This document shows positions 9,572 to 17,007 of a stretch of DNA of 64,000 nt, piece after piece; position 1 is the first letter of the stretch, and each line of letters opens with the position of its first letter. Both the position numbers and the translations under genes were made by a program. The notes under the pieces were generated by a model. The model was not told where the DNA came from. It was given only the letters and a program-made list of their open reading frames with translations, and did not search any database. Origin of the DNA: an uncultured Burkholderiaceae bacterium (GTDB lineage Bacteria > Pseudomonadota > Gammaproteobacteria > Burkholderiales > Burkholderiaceae_A); the NCBI GenBank assembly GCA_964582195.1, contig CAZOQN010000002.1:608916-672915 (forward strand), written 5' to 3'.

Positions 9572-12500
9572 ATGGGCAAGATTCCTGCTTTCAACAAAGT
9601 TATTTCTGAAACCCGGCAGCAGGAGTTACCCGCAAGGCGAAGAAGACGGGTCGAACCTGAAGACGAAGCGAGTCTGGATCAGCTCGTTGCAACCGATCAG
9701 TTATCTGTTGGGCAGACCCTGCAAGGTGAAGTCCCGCTCGAGGCGCAGCAGGAAAATATTCAGTTGGCCCAGATAGGGCTTGAGGCAGCGGGCACTGTTA
9801 TCGATGCCGCAGCGTCTCTCGCAAGCAGTGCGCCGGCCGCTGCAAGCGCAACGGCCAGTGCAGCAAGCTTCGGTGCTGCGGCGCCTGTATCAAGCGCACT
9901 GAGCGCCGGGTCGGTTGCAGCGAGCGCGGCGGGCGCTGGTGCGAGTGCCGCAGGAGCTGCCGCTGCAGCCGCCAGTGGCACGGGTGCGGTCGCCGCGACA
10001 AGTGCGACGGTGGCCTCGACAGCCGTTGGAGGTGCAAGCTCGCTGGCCGCCGGAGCCGGAGGTGGAGGCGCGGTGGGAACAGGAGCGGCCGCAGGTGCGG
10101 CAGCGGCAGGAGCAGCGGCCGCGGCAGGCGGAGGAAGCTCCCCCTCGACACCCCCCCCAGTCAATGGTGGCGGAAGCGGGGGCGGGTCTAGTGGCGGCGG
10201 CAACACCGGTAATGATGGCGGAGGCTCGGGCTCCGGGCTGCGATTGACTGTCAACGACGATTTCGGCCCCTTAAAGGGCAACCTTGCAAGCGGTTCGAGC
10301 ACCGATGACCGTACCCCAACCTTTAGCTTTACCGCAGAGAGCGGCCGCACGATTCGAGTCTACGACGGGGACACTCTGCTCGGAGTTGCTATCGAGGGTC
10401 CTGCGGGAAGCTACGTATTTACTCCAAGCCGGTCTCTCAGCATCGGTCAAACGTACAACATTCGCGCATCAATCACTGATGCGAACGGGATTGAGGGGGC
10501 AAGGAGTGAGCCCGCATTTGTTTTTACGATAGACACCACCCCACCGGTTCGGCCCGCGCCACCTGTCGACTTTAAAGACGACGTATCGCCACTGGTATCG
10601 GATAGTTCTAGGGCCCCAACAACAGATGACACCACTCCAGGAATCAAGGTGGGACCAGGTCTCAATGGATCTCCCAACTTCCTCACTCCCAGGCTCTATG
10701 TCAACGGAGTTCAAACGCCGGCCATCTATGACCCGGTGAGTGGCACCCTTACGCCTGTGTCCCCGCTTCGTGATGGGGACTACACATTCACCTATTCGGT
10801 CACTGACCCTGCAGGCAATGAGAGTCTGCGCAGCGACCCCCTGCGCTTGAGAATCGACACTGAGGCCCCGTTAGCACCAACGGTTAACTTAGTCGATTCC
10901 AATACGAGCGCGCCCACCATTTCAGGAACAGCAACCCTTTTGCCCGGTGAGTCTCTGGAGGTCACTGTCAACGGCGCAACCTACCAGGTAACGCCCGATA
11001 GCAATGGATTTTGGTCTCTTGATTTCTCGGTAAATCCTGCGCCGACGCCCGTTCGGGGCATCCCTGGTGTGTTTGTTGACTCCCAGAGTTATGAAGTTGA
11101 AGCGATTGCAATTGATGCTGCCGGTAACCGGGCATCAGACAAAAGCAGCAGCGAGCTGCGAATCGACTCCGCGCTACCCAACGCACCCTCCGTGACTGCC
11201 TTATTGACTGAGGACTCCACACCCCTGATTGAAGGGCGCGTGCTTTTGGCGCTGGGCGAAACTCTCACGGTGACAGTCAATGGGCAGAGCTATTCGTTTG
11301 ACCCAGCGAATCCATCTGCGACACCCTGGTTTGCATTGGACGAAGTGCAGGGAACCTGGAGCCTCGACCTTGGTGCGGCAGCAGGCGACCCATTAGGCTA
11401 CGGAAGCTACACCGTCACTGCAACGGTGACCAATTCAGAAAACAAACAAGCGAGCGCCTCAGGCCCCTTGGTCATTGGAACCCCAGGTTTTCAAACTGGA
11501 CAGATCATTCTTGTTGGCCAAGATACGACCCCGGGCCCTTATGGGCCGTTCGATGGGCCTGTGCCCCGAGACACTTTGTCGTTTGCAGCGAATTCTCCGG
11601 ATCCCGCTTGGAATCTCAACACGCCAACGCCTGCGATTAACAGTGCATTGAATTCACCTGGAAACCCGCTGGGCAAAAGCCTTGTCATTGATTTGGGAGG
11701 GGCTGCTGATCCCAATCAATTTAGAACATTTTTCTACACCCAAAATTCCAGCCTTGATCAAGCTTCCGAATACACAACTATCGGGAGCTACAAAAATATT
11801 ATCAATGTCATCGGCACTGACAAAAGCGACACCATTTCCGGTGACTCTAAATCCAACACAATCGTGGCAGGTGCAGGAGCAGATATTGTCTATGGTGGCG
11901 GGGGATCAGACACCCTTAATGGCGGTAGCGGCATTGACTGGGTTTTGTTTTCCCCGCTCACCCGCCAAGGTGAGACCAATAATCCCTATACACAAAATTT
12001 AATTGTCAACTTAGGCACCGGCAACTACTCATTCGGAACCGCAGGAGCCGCAGGCACGGTCACTAACTTTGAAAATGCACTGGGCTCGCCAGGTGCGGAT
12101 TCAATCACGGGTAGTACCGATGCAAACATCATTGTGGGTGGCCATGGAGCCGATACGATCTTTGCTGATTCGGGCGATGACAAGATCTATGGAGGCTCCC
12201 ACCTTCTCGAGAGCGGCGGTGGGTCGCGCGCGGGCAATCAAATTTGGGGCGGCAACGGCAAAGACGAATTTTTCGTAGGCTTTGATTACAACCCTCTAAA
12301 CTCTCAAGAGACCGAGCTGACATCGATTGATGTCATCAGAGATTGGGAGTTGGCTAGCGACAAAATGCGAATCAGCTCGACAGCCGTTGCAGTCATTGGC
12401 GGCTTGTGGGCGCAGCCCTGGACAAACTGGTCCGGCGATGACACGGTGGATGTTAGCGGCACGGATGTCGTAAACAACGGACAGATTAGAATTGCAGCGG

Positions 12501-15500
12501 GAGCAGGCGAAAATCAGATCATGCTCAGCCGAGGCCGCGACATCCTGTATGTCGGCTATGAGTACCTTTCCTCAGCAAATGTGATCGCAGGCAACCTGCC
12601 CCCATCGGAATTGATCAATCCTGCAACCGACACACCAGGCCTTGGCGCTAAGGCGAGAGATGTGCTGTGGCACTGGGACGACAAGAGTCAGGCAAGTACT
12701 CGGGATTCACTTTTCGTCAGCGCGAATGATTCCGTTGTGATTGGCTCCTTGCGCTTCGGCCCAGATAACAGCGCTGAATTCACCAACTGGGATGGCGATG
12801 ACATCGTGGATTTGCGACAGGATGTGGCGAATGCAGGCATCATCAAAATCGGGATGGGTGCAGGCCGCAACACGGTATACGGCAGCTCTGGTGCTGATGA
12901 AATTTATGGATTCTCAGGCGCCGATGATCATGCGAACACCGTCTGGGGCCGCGACGGCTCAGACACTTTCTTCGTTGGATATAACTTTGGAATCGATCCG
13001 GACAGTGGTCTTTTCAGCCCGCCTGCAACCGACTCTACTCGCACCGAGGTAATCAGTGTCGACCTGATACAAGACTGGGATGGCTTCGCCGGTAACACCG
13101 GCCTTCCCGGCCAGGACAGTTTGTGGGTGAGCCCGACAGGCAGGGCGGTACTCGCTGGCCTGGCAGGCAAAACCCATTGGAATGCGAGCGATCTTGTTGA
13201 CTTGAGCAGTGAAACCTTTGTCAAGAACACCGGGACCGTAGTGGTATCAGCCGGCGCAGGTTACGACCAAATCATTGGCAGTACAGGTGATGACGAACTC
13301 AGTGGTGGTGTCGATGCAGGCTATGACCTTCGCATTGGCGGCAAGCCGGGAAACAGCGTGATTGGCGGAAACGGCAGCGACGATTTTTATGTTGGATACG
13401 ATTTCGTCACCAATATCGAGGAACAGGGCGGCGGCGCTTGGGGAGAGTCAAGCACGTTAGGGTCGGAAGTCTCGGGAACTGATGTGATCTACGACTGGGA
13501 CGACCAAGACAACGGAACGTCCGCGTTTGGCGGTTTTGGTCGCGACTCCCTGTATGTAAGCGCAAAGGGCACGGCTGTCATCGCTGGGCTTGCAGCGAAC
13601 GTAGATGGGAGTAACTGGGTCGACTGGAGCGGCAACGACTTGGTGGATCTTCGAGGCGGTAACGGCACCACGGTTGATAACAAAGGCAAGATTGTTGTCA
13701 TTACGGGCGCAGGCAACGACACGATCTATGGCAGTAATGGCAACGACTGGGTCTATGCCGGAACGCCCGGCAGTGGCTACGACGACATCAACCTTGGATC
13801 ATCGGTAGGCGGAGATGGCGCTGACCGGGTCTACATTACCGACTGGAATGGAAAATACTGGGTCAAGGGCTTTGATTCTGAAGACTATCTGTTTATCAAA
13901 CAAGAGATGCTCGATTCCTTCTTCACGGCATCTTTTATGGGCTACAAATCTCGCTATCTTGGGCCGCTCGGCGCTGCATCCACTGGTTTTGATGGCTCGG
14001 CAGTCGTGTCGGGGTCGGCAGTAAACCTAATCACAGGCAATGCGGTAACGGCCGGCAACACCCTGTATGCCGAGGATATGCGTGGTGCTGCCCGCAACTC
14101 GGGCCAGGGCTACGACGAGAGCTTTCGGTTTCCCACCTCGAAGCTTGTCTGGGATGCGGCCTATTCCGATTCATTAGGTGATTACACGAGTCTCGACACC
14201 TACACCCGAGATGTGCTCGGTCTTTTCAGTGTCGCGCCTTGGTACTCAAACGGCGCCTGGAGCAATGACGCCCATCGCATTGCTGATATCGGCGGAACTT
14301 CTGCCGTCTCGGCACTGGCGTATGGCTACCTGGCTGCGGCTAATGCACTCGTTGGAATCCCCTTTGTCGGGCCCATCATCGCGATTCCTTTTTATGTGAT
14401 CGCCGGGCTCACGATTGCCGATGCGGTGACCAACACCAACGAGCAGCGCAATGCAACCTACAGCTTTGGAAGTTCTATAGATCAATATGTCACCTTGATG
14501 GCAGGGTCCGGCGCGAACCCGGCATCGCCAGCAAGTTGGGATCTGCCATTTCTAGAGTTTTTCAATATTCCCGCCAGCAGGTTTACGCCAACGCTTGAAG
14601 TAACCTCGCAGCCTTTGAACACGGGCATCGGTACGGTCGTGACGCTCTTTAACGGCACCGAAACCTTTGTATATCTTGTGTTTTCGATCGACTCCATGAT
14701 CCAAAACAACGAAACCCGGCTGATTGCCCGCGTCAACGGGCAGGTCAGTGCGAGCCAGATCGTGGTCTACGATGCTGCAAGCGATCCCCACTTCAACGAG
14801 GCGCCGGAGGCGGTTGTTTTCGCGCCTGAGATTACGTCGGTAATTTTGGCTGCAAACGATACCGACACGATGGCAAGTGGGCTTTCGACGAGCGACTCGA
14901 CCCCTGAGCTCACCGTGAACTTCTCGAAGTCCTTGATCGCTGGTGATGAGGTGGTGGTGAAATACGCAGGGGAAGTGGTAACTCCGAAGGCAGCCCCGAT
15001 CCCAGGGGTGAGCACGTCGCTCGTTTATTCATTGGAACCCGGAAAGGTTGACGGCGCCTATCTGCTTGAGATTACGGTAACCAATAAGCAGGGGTTCTCG
15101 TCAAGTGTGAAGGAAACCATCTTCATTGATGCGACCGCAATTCTTGAAAGCGATATGCAGGTGAGCGCAAATTCAGCGGGGATTCAGGTCTCCTTCAAGG
15201 CGCAAAACGGTACCGATTCGAATGGCGATCCGATCTACGTTACAGCAGAAAATGCCACGGTAGAACTGCGAAGCGACCTGACGCAGTCGGGCCTGATCGC
15301 GTCAAAGCTTCTTGATCTTGACAATGGATTTTCAAACCTGGTCCCTGCGCAGGCACAGACAGGGGTTACCAATGCGGGGCTCTATGTAGTGGACAGCCTC
15401 GGACGCAGGACCGAGCTCAAAAGCATCAACGCAGTGCTCGGAACTGATGGTTCAGATGCTGTCCTAGAGGGTGACGCTGGCAAGGTGAATCTCATTTACG

Positions 15501-16360
15501 GGTTCAAGGGCAACGACAGCATGAGTACGCTTGGTTCTATCGGTGATTATCTTTTTGGCGGTGAAGGTGACGATACGCTTACAGGCGGGCTCGGCACAGA
15601 CTATCTCGATGGCGGAGCGGGCGCCGATACCCTCGCAGGTGGCGCCGATGATGATGTTTTGATTGGTGGGCTCGGAGAGGACACGCTCACCGGGGGCGAG
15701 GGCAGTGATGTCTTTGCATGGGGTGGCCCCGAGGAATTCGATGAGGGCGACAGTGTGATGGACTTTCAGTCTGGGTTCGACAAGATTCAGATTGCTGGCG
15801 TTGCATCGCATTTTTCCCAAGCGTTGCCTAGCTTTACAACGAATGTCTCAGAGGGCGACACGAACAATCCTGAAATTCAGAGGATAAGTTTCAACCCAGG
15901 GACACAGCTAGTCGATGGCGCCGCGTACAGCCTTACGGTTGGGGGTGTGACGCTATCGACAAGCAGGTTCTCAACCAAAGCCTCCAGTGCGGAGGAGATT
16001 TCCAATCAGCTGCAAGGTGACAGTGACTATCTTGCCGCGCCCTTCACACTCTCTGTAGATGGCAACGATCTTGTTATCACCTGGAAAGATAAGGGCAATG
16101 TGGCTGACATCGCCAGCCTTTCGGGTTCCACCATTGATTTCAGCTCAGGTGATTTTGTGGTTGGTGGAGGGCCTAACGCCGCATCAGCACAACTGCTTTA
16201 CCGCAGCGCCGATGATCCGGTTTCGGGTGAGAAGATTGGCGAGCTGTTCTTTGATGCGGATGGCACTGGCGCTGAGGAAGCGAAGCTGATCGCGACACTC
16301 TTCGGAGGCACGGCCACCGAGGCGCCGAGCCTGCTTTGGTCGGATATCCTCCTCGTGTAA
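9572..16360 (+). CDS. Giant (2262 aa) RTX / Ig-like repeat surface protein, type I secretion-style substrate
   Basis: A single uninterrupted ORF with AAGGTGA about 8 nt upstream of the ATG. It has tandem Ig-like domains with a 'DD.TP' leader motif. Canonical GGxGxDxUx nonapeptides occur in two blocks. The C-terminal tail 'GELFFDADGTGAEEAKLIATL...DILLV' is typical of T1SS C-terminal target domains. There is no N-terminal Sec signal. Confidence 0.85.
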   Translation: MGKIPAFNKVISETRQQELPARRRRRVEPEDEASLDQLVATDQLSVGQTLQGEVPLEAQQENIQLAQIGLEAAGTVIDAAASLASSAPAAASATASAASFGAAAPVSSALSAGSVAASAAGAGASAAGAAAAAASGTGAVAATSATVASTAVGGASSLAAGAGGGGAVGTGAAAGAAAAGAAAAAGGGSSPSTPPPVNGGGSGGGSSGGGNTGNDGGGSGSGLRLTVNDDFGPLKGNLASGSSTDDRTPTFSFTAESGRTIRVYDGDTLLGVAIEGPAGSYVFTPSRSLSIGQTYNIRASITDANGIEGARSEPAFVFTIDTTPPVRPAPPVDFKDDVSPLVSDSSRAPTTDDTTPGIKVGPGLNGSPNFLTPRLYVNGVQTPAIYDPVSGTLTPVSPLRDGDYTFTYSVTDPAGNESLRSDPLRLRIDTEAPLAPTVNLVDSNTSAPTISGTATLLPGESLEVTVNGATYQVTPDSNGFWSLDFSVNPAPTPVRGIPGVFVDSQSYEVEAIAIDAAGNRASDKSSSELRIDSALPNAPSVTALLTEDSTPLIEGRVLLALGETLTVTVNGQSYSFDPANPSATPWFALDEVQGTWSLDLGAAAGDPLGYGSYTVTATVTNSENKQASASGPLVIGTPGFQTGQIILVGQDTTPGPYGPFDGPVPRDTLSFAANSPDPAWNLNTPTPAINSALNSPGNPLGKSLVIDLGGAADPNQFRTFFYTQNSSLDQASEYTTIGSYKNIINVIGTDKSDTISGDSKSNTIVAGAGADIVYGGGGSDTLNGGSGIDWVLFSPLTRQGETNNPYTQNLIVNLGTGNYSFGTAGAAGTVTNFENALGSPGADSITGSTDANIIVGGHGADTIFADSGDDKIYGGSHLLESGGGSRAGNQIWGGNGKDEFFVGFDYNPLNSQETELTSIDVIRDWELASDKMRISSTAVAVIGGLWAQPWTNWSGDDTVDVSGTDVVNNGQIRIAAGAGENQIMLSRGRDILYVGYEYLSSANVIAGNLPPSELINPATDTPGLGAKARDVLWHWDDKSQASTRDSLFVSANDSVVIGSLRFGPDNSAEFTNWDGDDIVDLRQDVANAGIIKIGMGAGRNTVYGSSGADEIYGFSGADDHANTVWGRDGSDTFFVGYNFGIDPDSGLFSPPATDSTRTEVISVDLIQDWDGFAGNTGLPGQDSLWVSPTGRAVLAGLAGKTHWNASDLVDLSSETFVKNTGTVVVSAGAGYDQIIGSTGDDELSGGVDAGYDLRIGGKPGNSVIGGNGSDDFYVGYDFVTNIEEQGGGAWGESSTLGSEVSGTDVIYDWDDQDNGTSAFGGFGRDSLYVSAKGTAVIAGLAANVDGSNWVDWSGNDLVDLRGGNGTTVDNKGKIVVITGAGNDTIYGSNGNDWVYAGTPGSGYDDINLGSSVGGDGADRVYITDWNGKYWVKGFDSEDYLFIKQEMLDSFFTASFMGYKSRYLGPLGAASTGFDGSAVVSGSAVNLITGNAVTAGNTLYAEDMRGAARNSGQGYDESFRFPTSKLVWDAAYSDSLGDYTSLDTYTRDVLGLFSVAPWYSNGAWSNDAHRIADIGGTSAVSALAYGYLAAANALVGIPFVGPIIAIPFYVIAGLTIADAVTNTNEQRNATYSFGSSIDQYVTLMAGSGANPASPASWDLPFLEFFNIPASRFTPTLEVTSQPLNTGIGTVVTLFNGTETFVYLVFSIDSMIQNNETRLIARVNGQVSASQIVVYDAASDPHFNEAPEAVVFAPEITSVILAANDTDTMASGLSTSDSTPELTVNFSKSLIAGDEVVVKYAGEVVTPKAAPIPGVSTSLVYSLEPGKVDGAYLLEITVTNKQGFSSSVKETIFIDATAILESDMQVSANSAGIQVSFKAQNGTDSNGDPIYVTAENATVELRSDLTQSGLIASKLLDLDNGFSNLVPAQAQTGVTNAGLYVVDSLGRRTELKSINAVLGTDGSDAVLEGDAGKVNLIYGFKGNDSMSTLGSIGDYLFGGEGDDTLTGGLGTDYLDGGAGADTLAGGADDDVLIGGLGEDTLTGGEGSDVFAWGGPEEFDEGDSVMDFQSGFDKIQIAGVASHFSQALPSFTTNVSEGDTNNPEIQRISFNPGTQLVDGAAYSLTVGGVTLSTSRFSTKASSAEEISNQLQGDSDYLAAPFTLSVDGNDLVITWKDKGNVADIASLSGSTIDFSSGDFVVGGGPNAASAQLLYRSADDPVSGEKIGELFFDADGTGAEEAKLIATLFGGTATEAPSLLWSDILLV
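9800..10230 (+). repeat. Ala/Gly/Ser low-complexity tract (about 145 aa) inside the giant ORF
   Basis: The translation runs 'ASLASSAPAAASATASAAS...GAAAAGAAAAAGGGSSPS...GGGSGGGSSGGGNTGNDGGGSGSG'. The DNA is GC-rich with GCN/GGN periodicity, which generates spurious antisense ORFs. Confidence 0.9.
10290..11480 (+). repeat. Four tandem bacterial Ig-like domains of the giant protein
   Basis: There are four units of about 90-100 aa. Each opens with 'DDRTPTF', 'DDTTPGI', 'SNTSAPTISG' or 'EDSTPLIEG'. Each closes with 'I(D/G)T.(P/A)P'-like linkers. A fifth copy lies at about 14890-15140. Confidence 0.7.
11810..12290 (+). repeat. First RTX nonapeptide block of the giant protein
   Basis: It reads 'GAGADIVYGGGGSDTLNGGSGIDWVLF' then 'GGHGADTIFADSGDDKIYGG' then 'GGNGKDEFFVGFDY'. 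Confidence 0.8.
12326..13910 (+). repeat. Iterated 110-140 aa module array in the giant protein (unrecognised domain)
   Basis: The 'x-D-W' anchor recurs at about nt 12341, 12674, 13073, 13496 and 13841. Each is followed by 'D(S/K)L.VS', then 'W.G.D.VDL', then 'G.I.(I/V).AGAG.(N/D).I.GS.G.D', then 'G.(N/D)GSD.F(F/Y)VGY.F'. Confidence 0.75.
14282..14428 (+). other. Hydrophobic helix-turn-helix (putative membrane-inserting hairpin) inside the giant protein
   Basis: 'ADIGGTSAVSALAYGYLAAANALVGIPFVGPIIAIPFYVIAGLTIADAV' is about 45 mostly apolar residues. A 'PFVGP' turn splits them into two helix-length segments. Confidence 0.6.
15440..15800 (+). repeat. C-terminal RTX block (six consecutive canonical nonapeptides) of the giant protein
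   Basis: 'GGEGDDTLTGGLGTDYLDGGAGADTLAGGADDDVLIGGLGEDTLTGGEGSDVFAWG' is followed by 'GDSVMDFQSGFDKIQIAG'. Confidence 0.9.
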
Positions 16361-16371
16361 GCAAGGTACAA

Positions 16372-16974
16372 ATGAAGATAACGAATCTTTCAGTCATTGC
16401 ATTCCGCTTCAGGGGTCTGCCTGCTTTACTGCTACCTACTGTTTTGTTAACGGGTTGTGCCGCGCAAGCGTTGGTGGGCACCGTGCCATCGGCAACGCCC
16501 CCTCAGCTAGTCGTACTCGCCGCAAAAGGCCAGGACGGCAAAGAGGTTCTCACCTGGGATAGGCCCATGGCATTTGGGCCAGTACCAGCACATCTCAAAG
16601 CATTGGGCGATGTTTCCTGCCTTCGCACGCGAGTCGACCTTGAGGCCATTGGCTATCACCCCAGTGCCCTTGATCGGGATGGCAAGCCCATGCTGACAGG
16701 CGGTTTTTTCTGCGCGCCGAAGCTCCACGGCAGTGCGCCGGGGCGCGTTCCCCCTCAGATCGTGTTGAAAGATCGCGTCCTTGGCTGGGATCGACCGAGC
16801 GCTTTTGGCGCGGTACCAAAGGAACAACTCGTCCGGGGAAGGACTGTTTGTGCAACCCTAGACCCCACGTTTGAGGCGATTGGCTATCACCCGCAGGCAA
16901 AAGACATTACGGGAAAGCCGATTCCGGATGGGGGCTTCTTTTGTGCCAAGCCGGTAAATCAAGAACAAAATTAA
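16372..16974 (+). CDS. Hypothetical lipoprotein made of a tandemly duplicated 2-Cys domain
   Basis: The track ORF starts at 16336, inside the giant gene. The ATG at 16372 gives 'MKITNLSVIAFRFRGLPALLLPTVLLTGC|AAQ' (signal peptide plus lipobox). No family was recognised. Confidence 0.75.
   Translation: MKITNLSVIAFRFRGLPALLLPTVLLTGCAAQALVGTVPSATPPQLVVLAAKGQDGKEVLTWDRPMAFGPVPAHLKALGDVSCLRTRVDLEAIGYHPSALDRDGKPMLTGGFFCAPKLHGSAPGRVPPQIVLKDRVLGWDRPSAFGAVPKEQLVRGRTVCATLDPTFEAIGYHPQAKDITGKPIPDGGFFCAKPVNQEQN
16546..16955 (+). repeat. Internal tandem duplication (2 x about 60-77 aa) within the lipoprotein
   Basis: R1 is 'VLTWDRPMAFGPVPAHLKALGDVSCLRTRVDLEAIGYHPSALDRDGKPMLTGGFFCAPK'. R2 is 'VLGWDRPSAFGAVPKEQLVRGRTVCATLDPTFEAIGYHPQAKDITGKPIPDGGFFCAKP'. 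Roughly half the positions are identical by eye, and both Cys are conserved. Confidence 0.85.
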
Positions 16975-17007
16975 CGACAAAACTGTGCTCACGCTCAGGA
17001 GAATTCA

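Noticed and set aside
10150-10160. C8 homopolymer inside the giant gene as a slipped-strand phase-variation switch
   Set aside because: It simply encodes Pro-Pro-Pro using CCC codons. Equivalent C7-C8 runs occur in the core genes rluD (about 2966) and pgeF (about 3154), so it is a codon-usage feature rather than a dedicated contingency tract. It could still be checked in population sequencing.
9760-10350. 196-aa and 117-aa antisense ORFs and a 110-aa alternative-frame ORF over the 5' part of the giant gene
   Set aside because: These are products of the GCN/GGN-periodic Ala/Gly/Ser tract, which is open in several frames. The translations are Pro/Ala/Arg low complexity with no start context.
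9800-16360. Repetitive DNA of the giant gene as a CRISPR array or other non-coding tandem repeat
   Set aside because: The repeats exist at protein level only, as diverged modules of unequal length. The frame is uninterrupted for 6.8 kb, and there is no repeat-spacer regularity.
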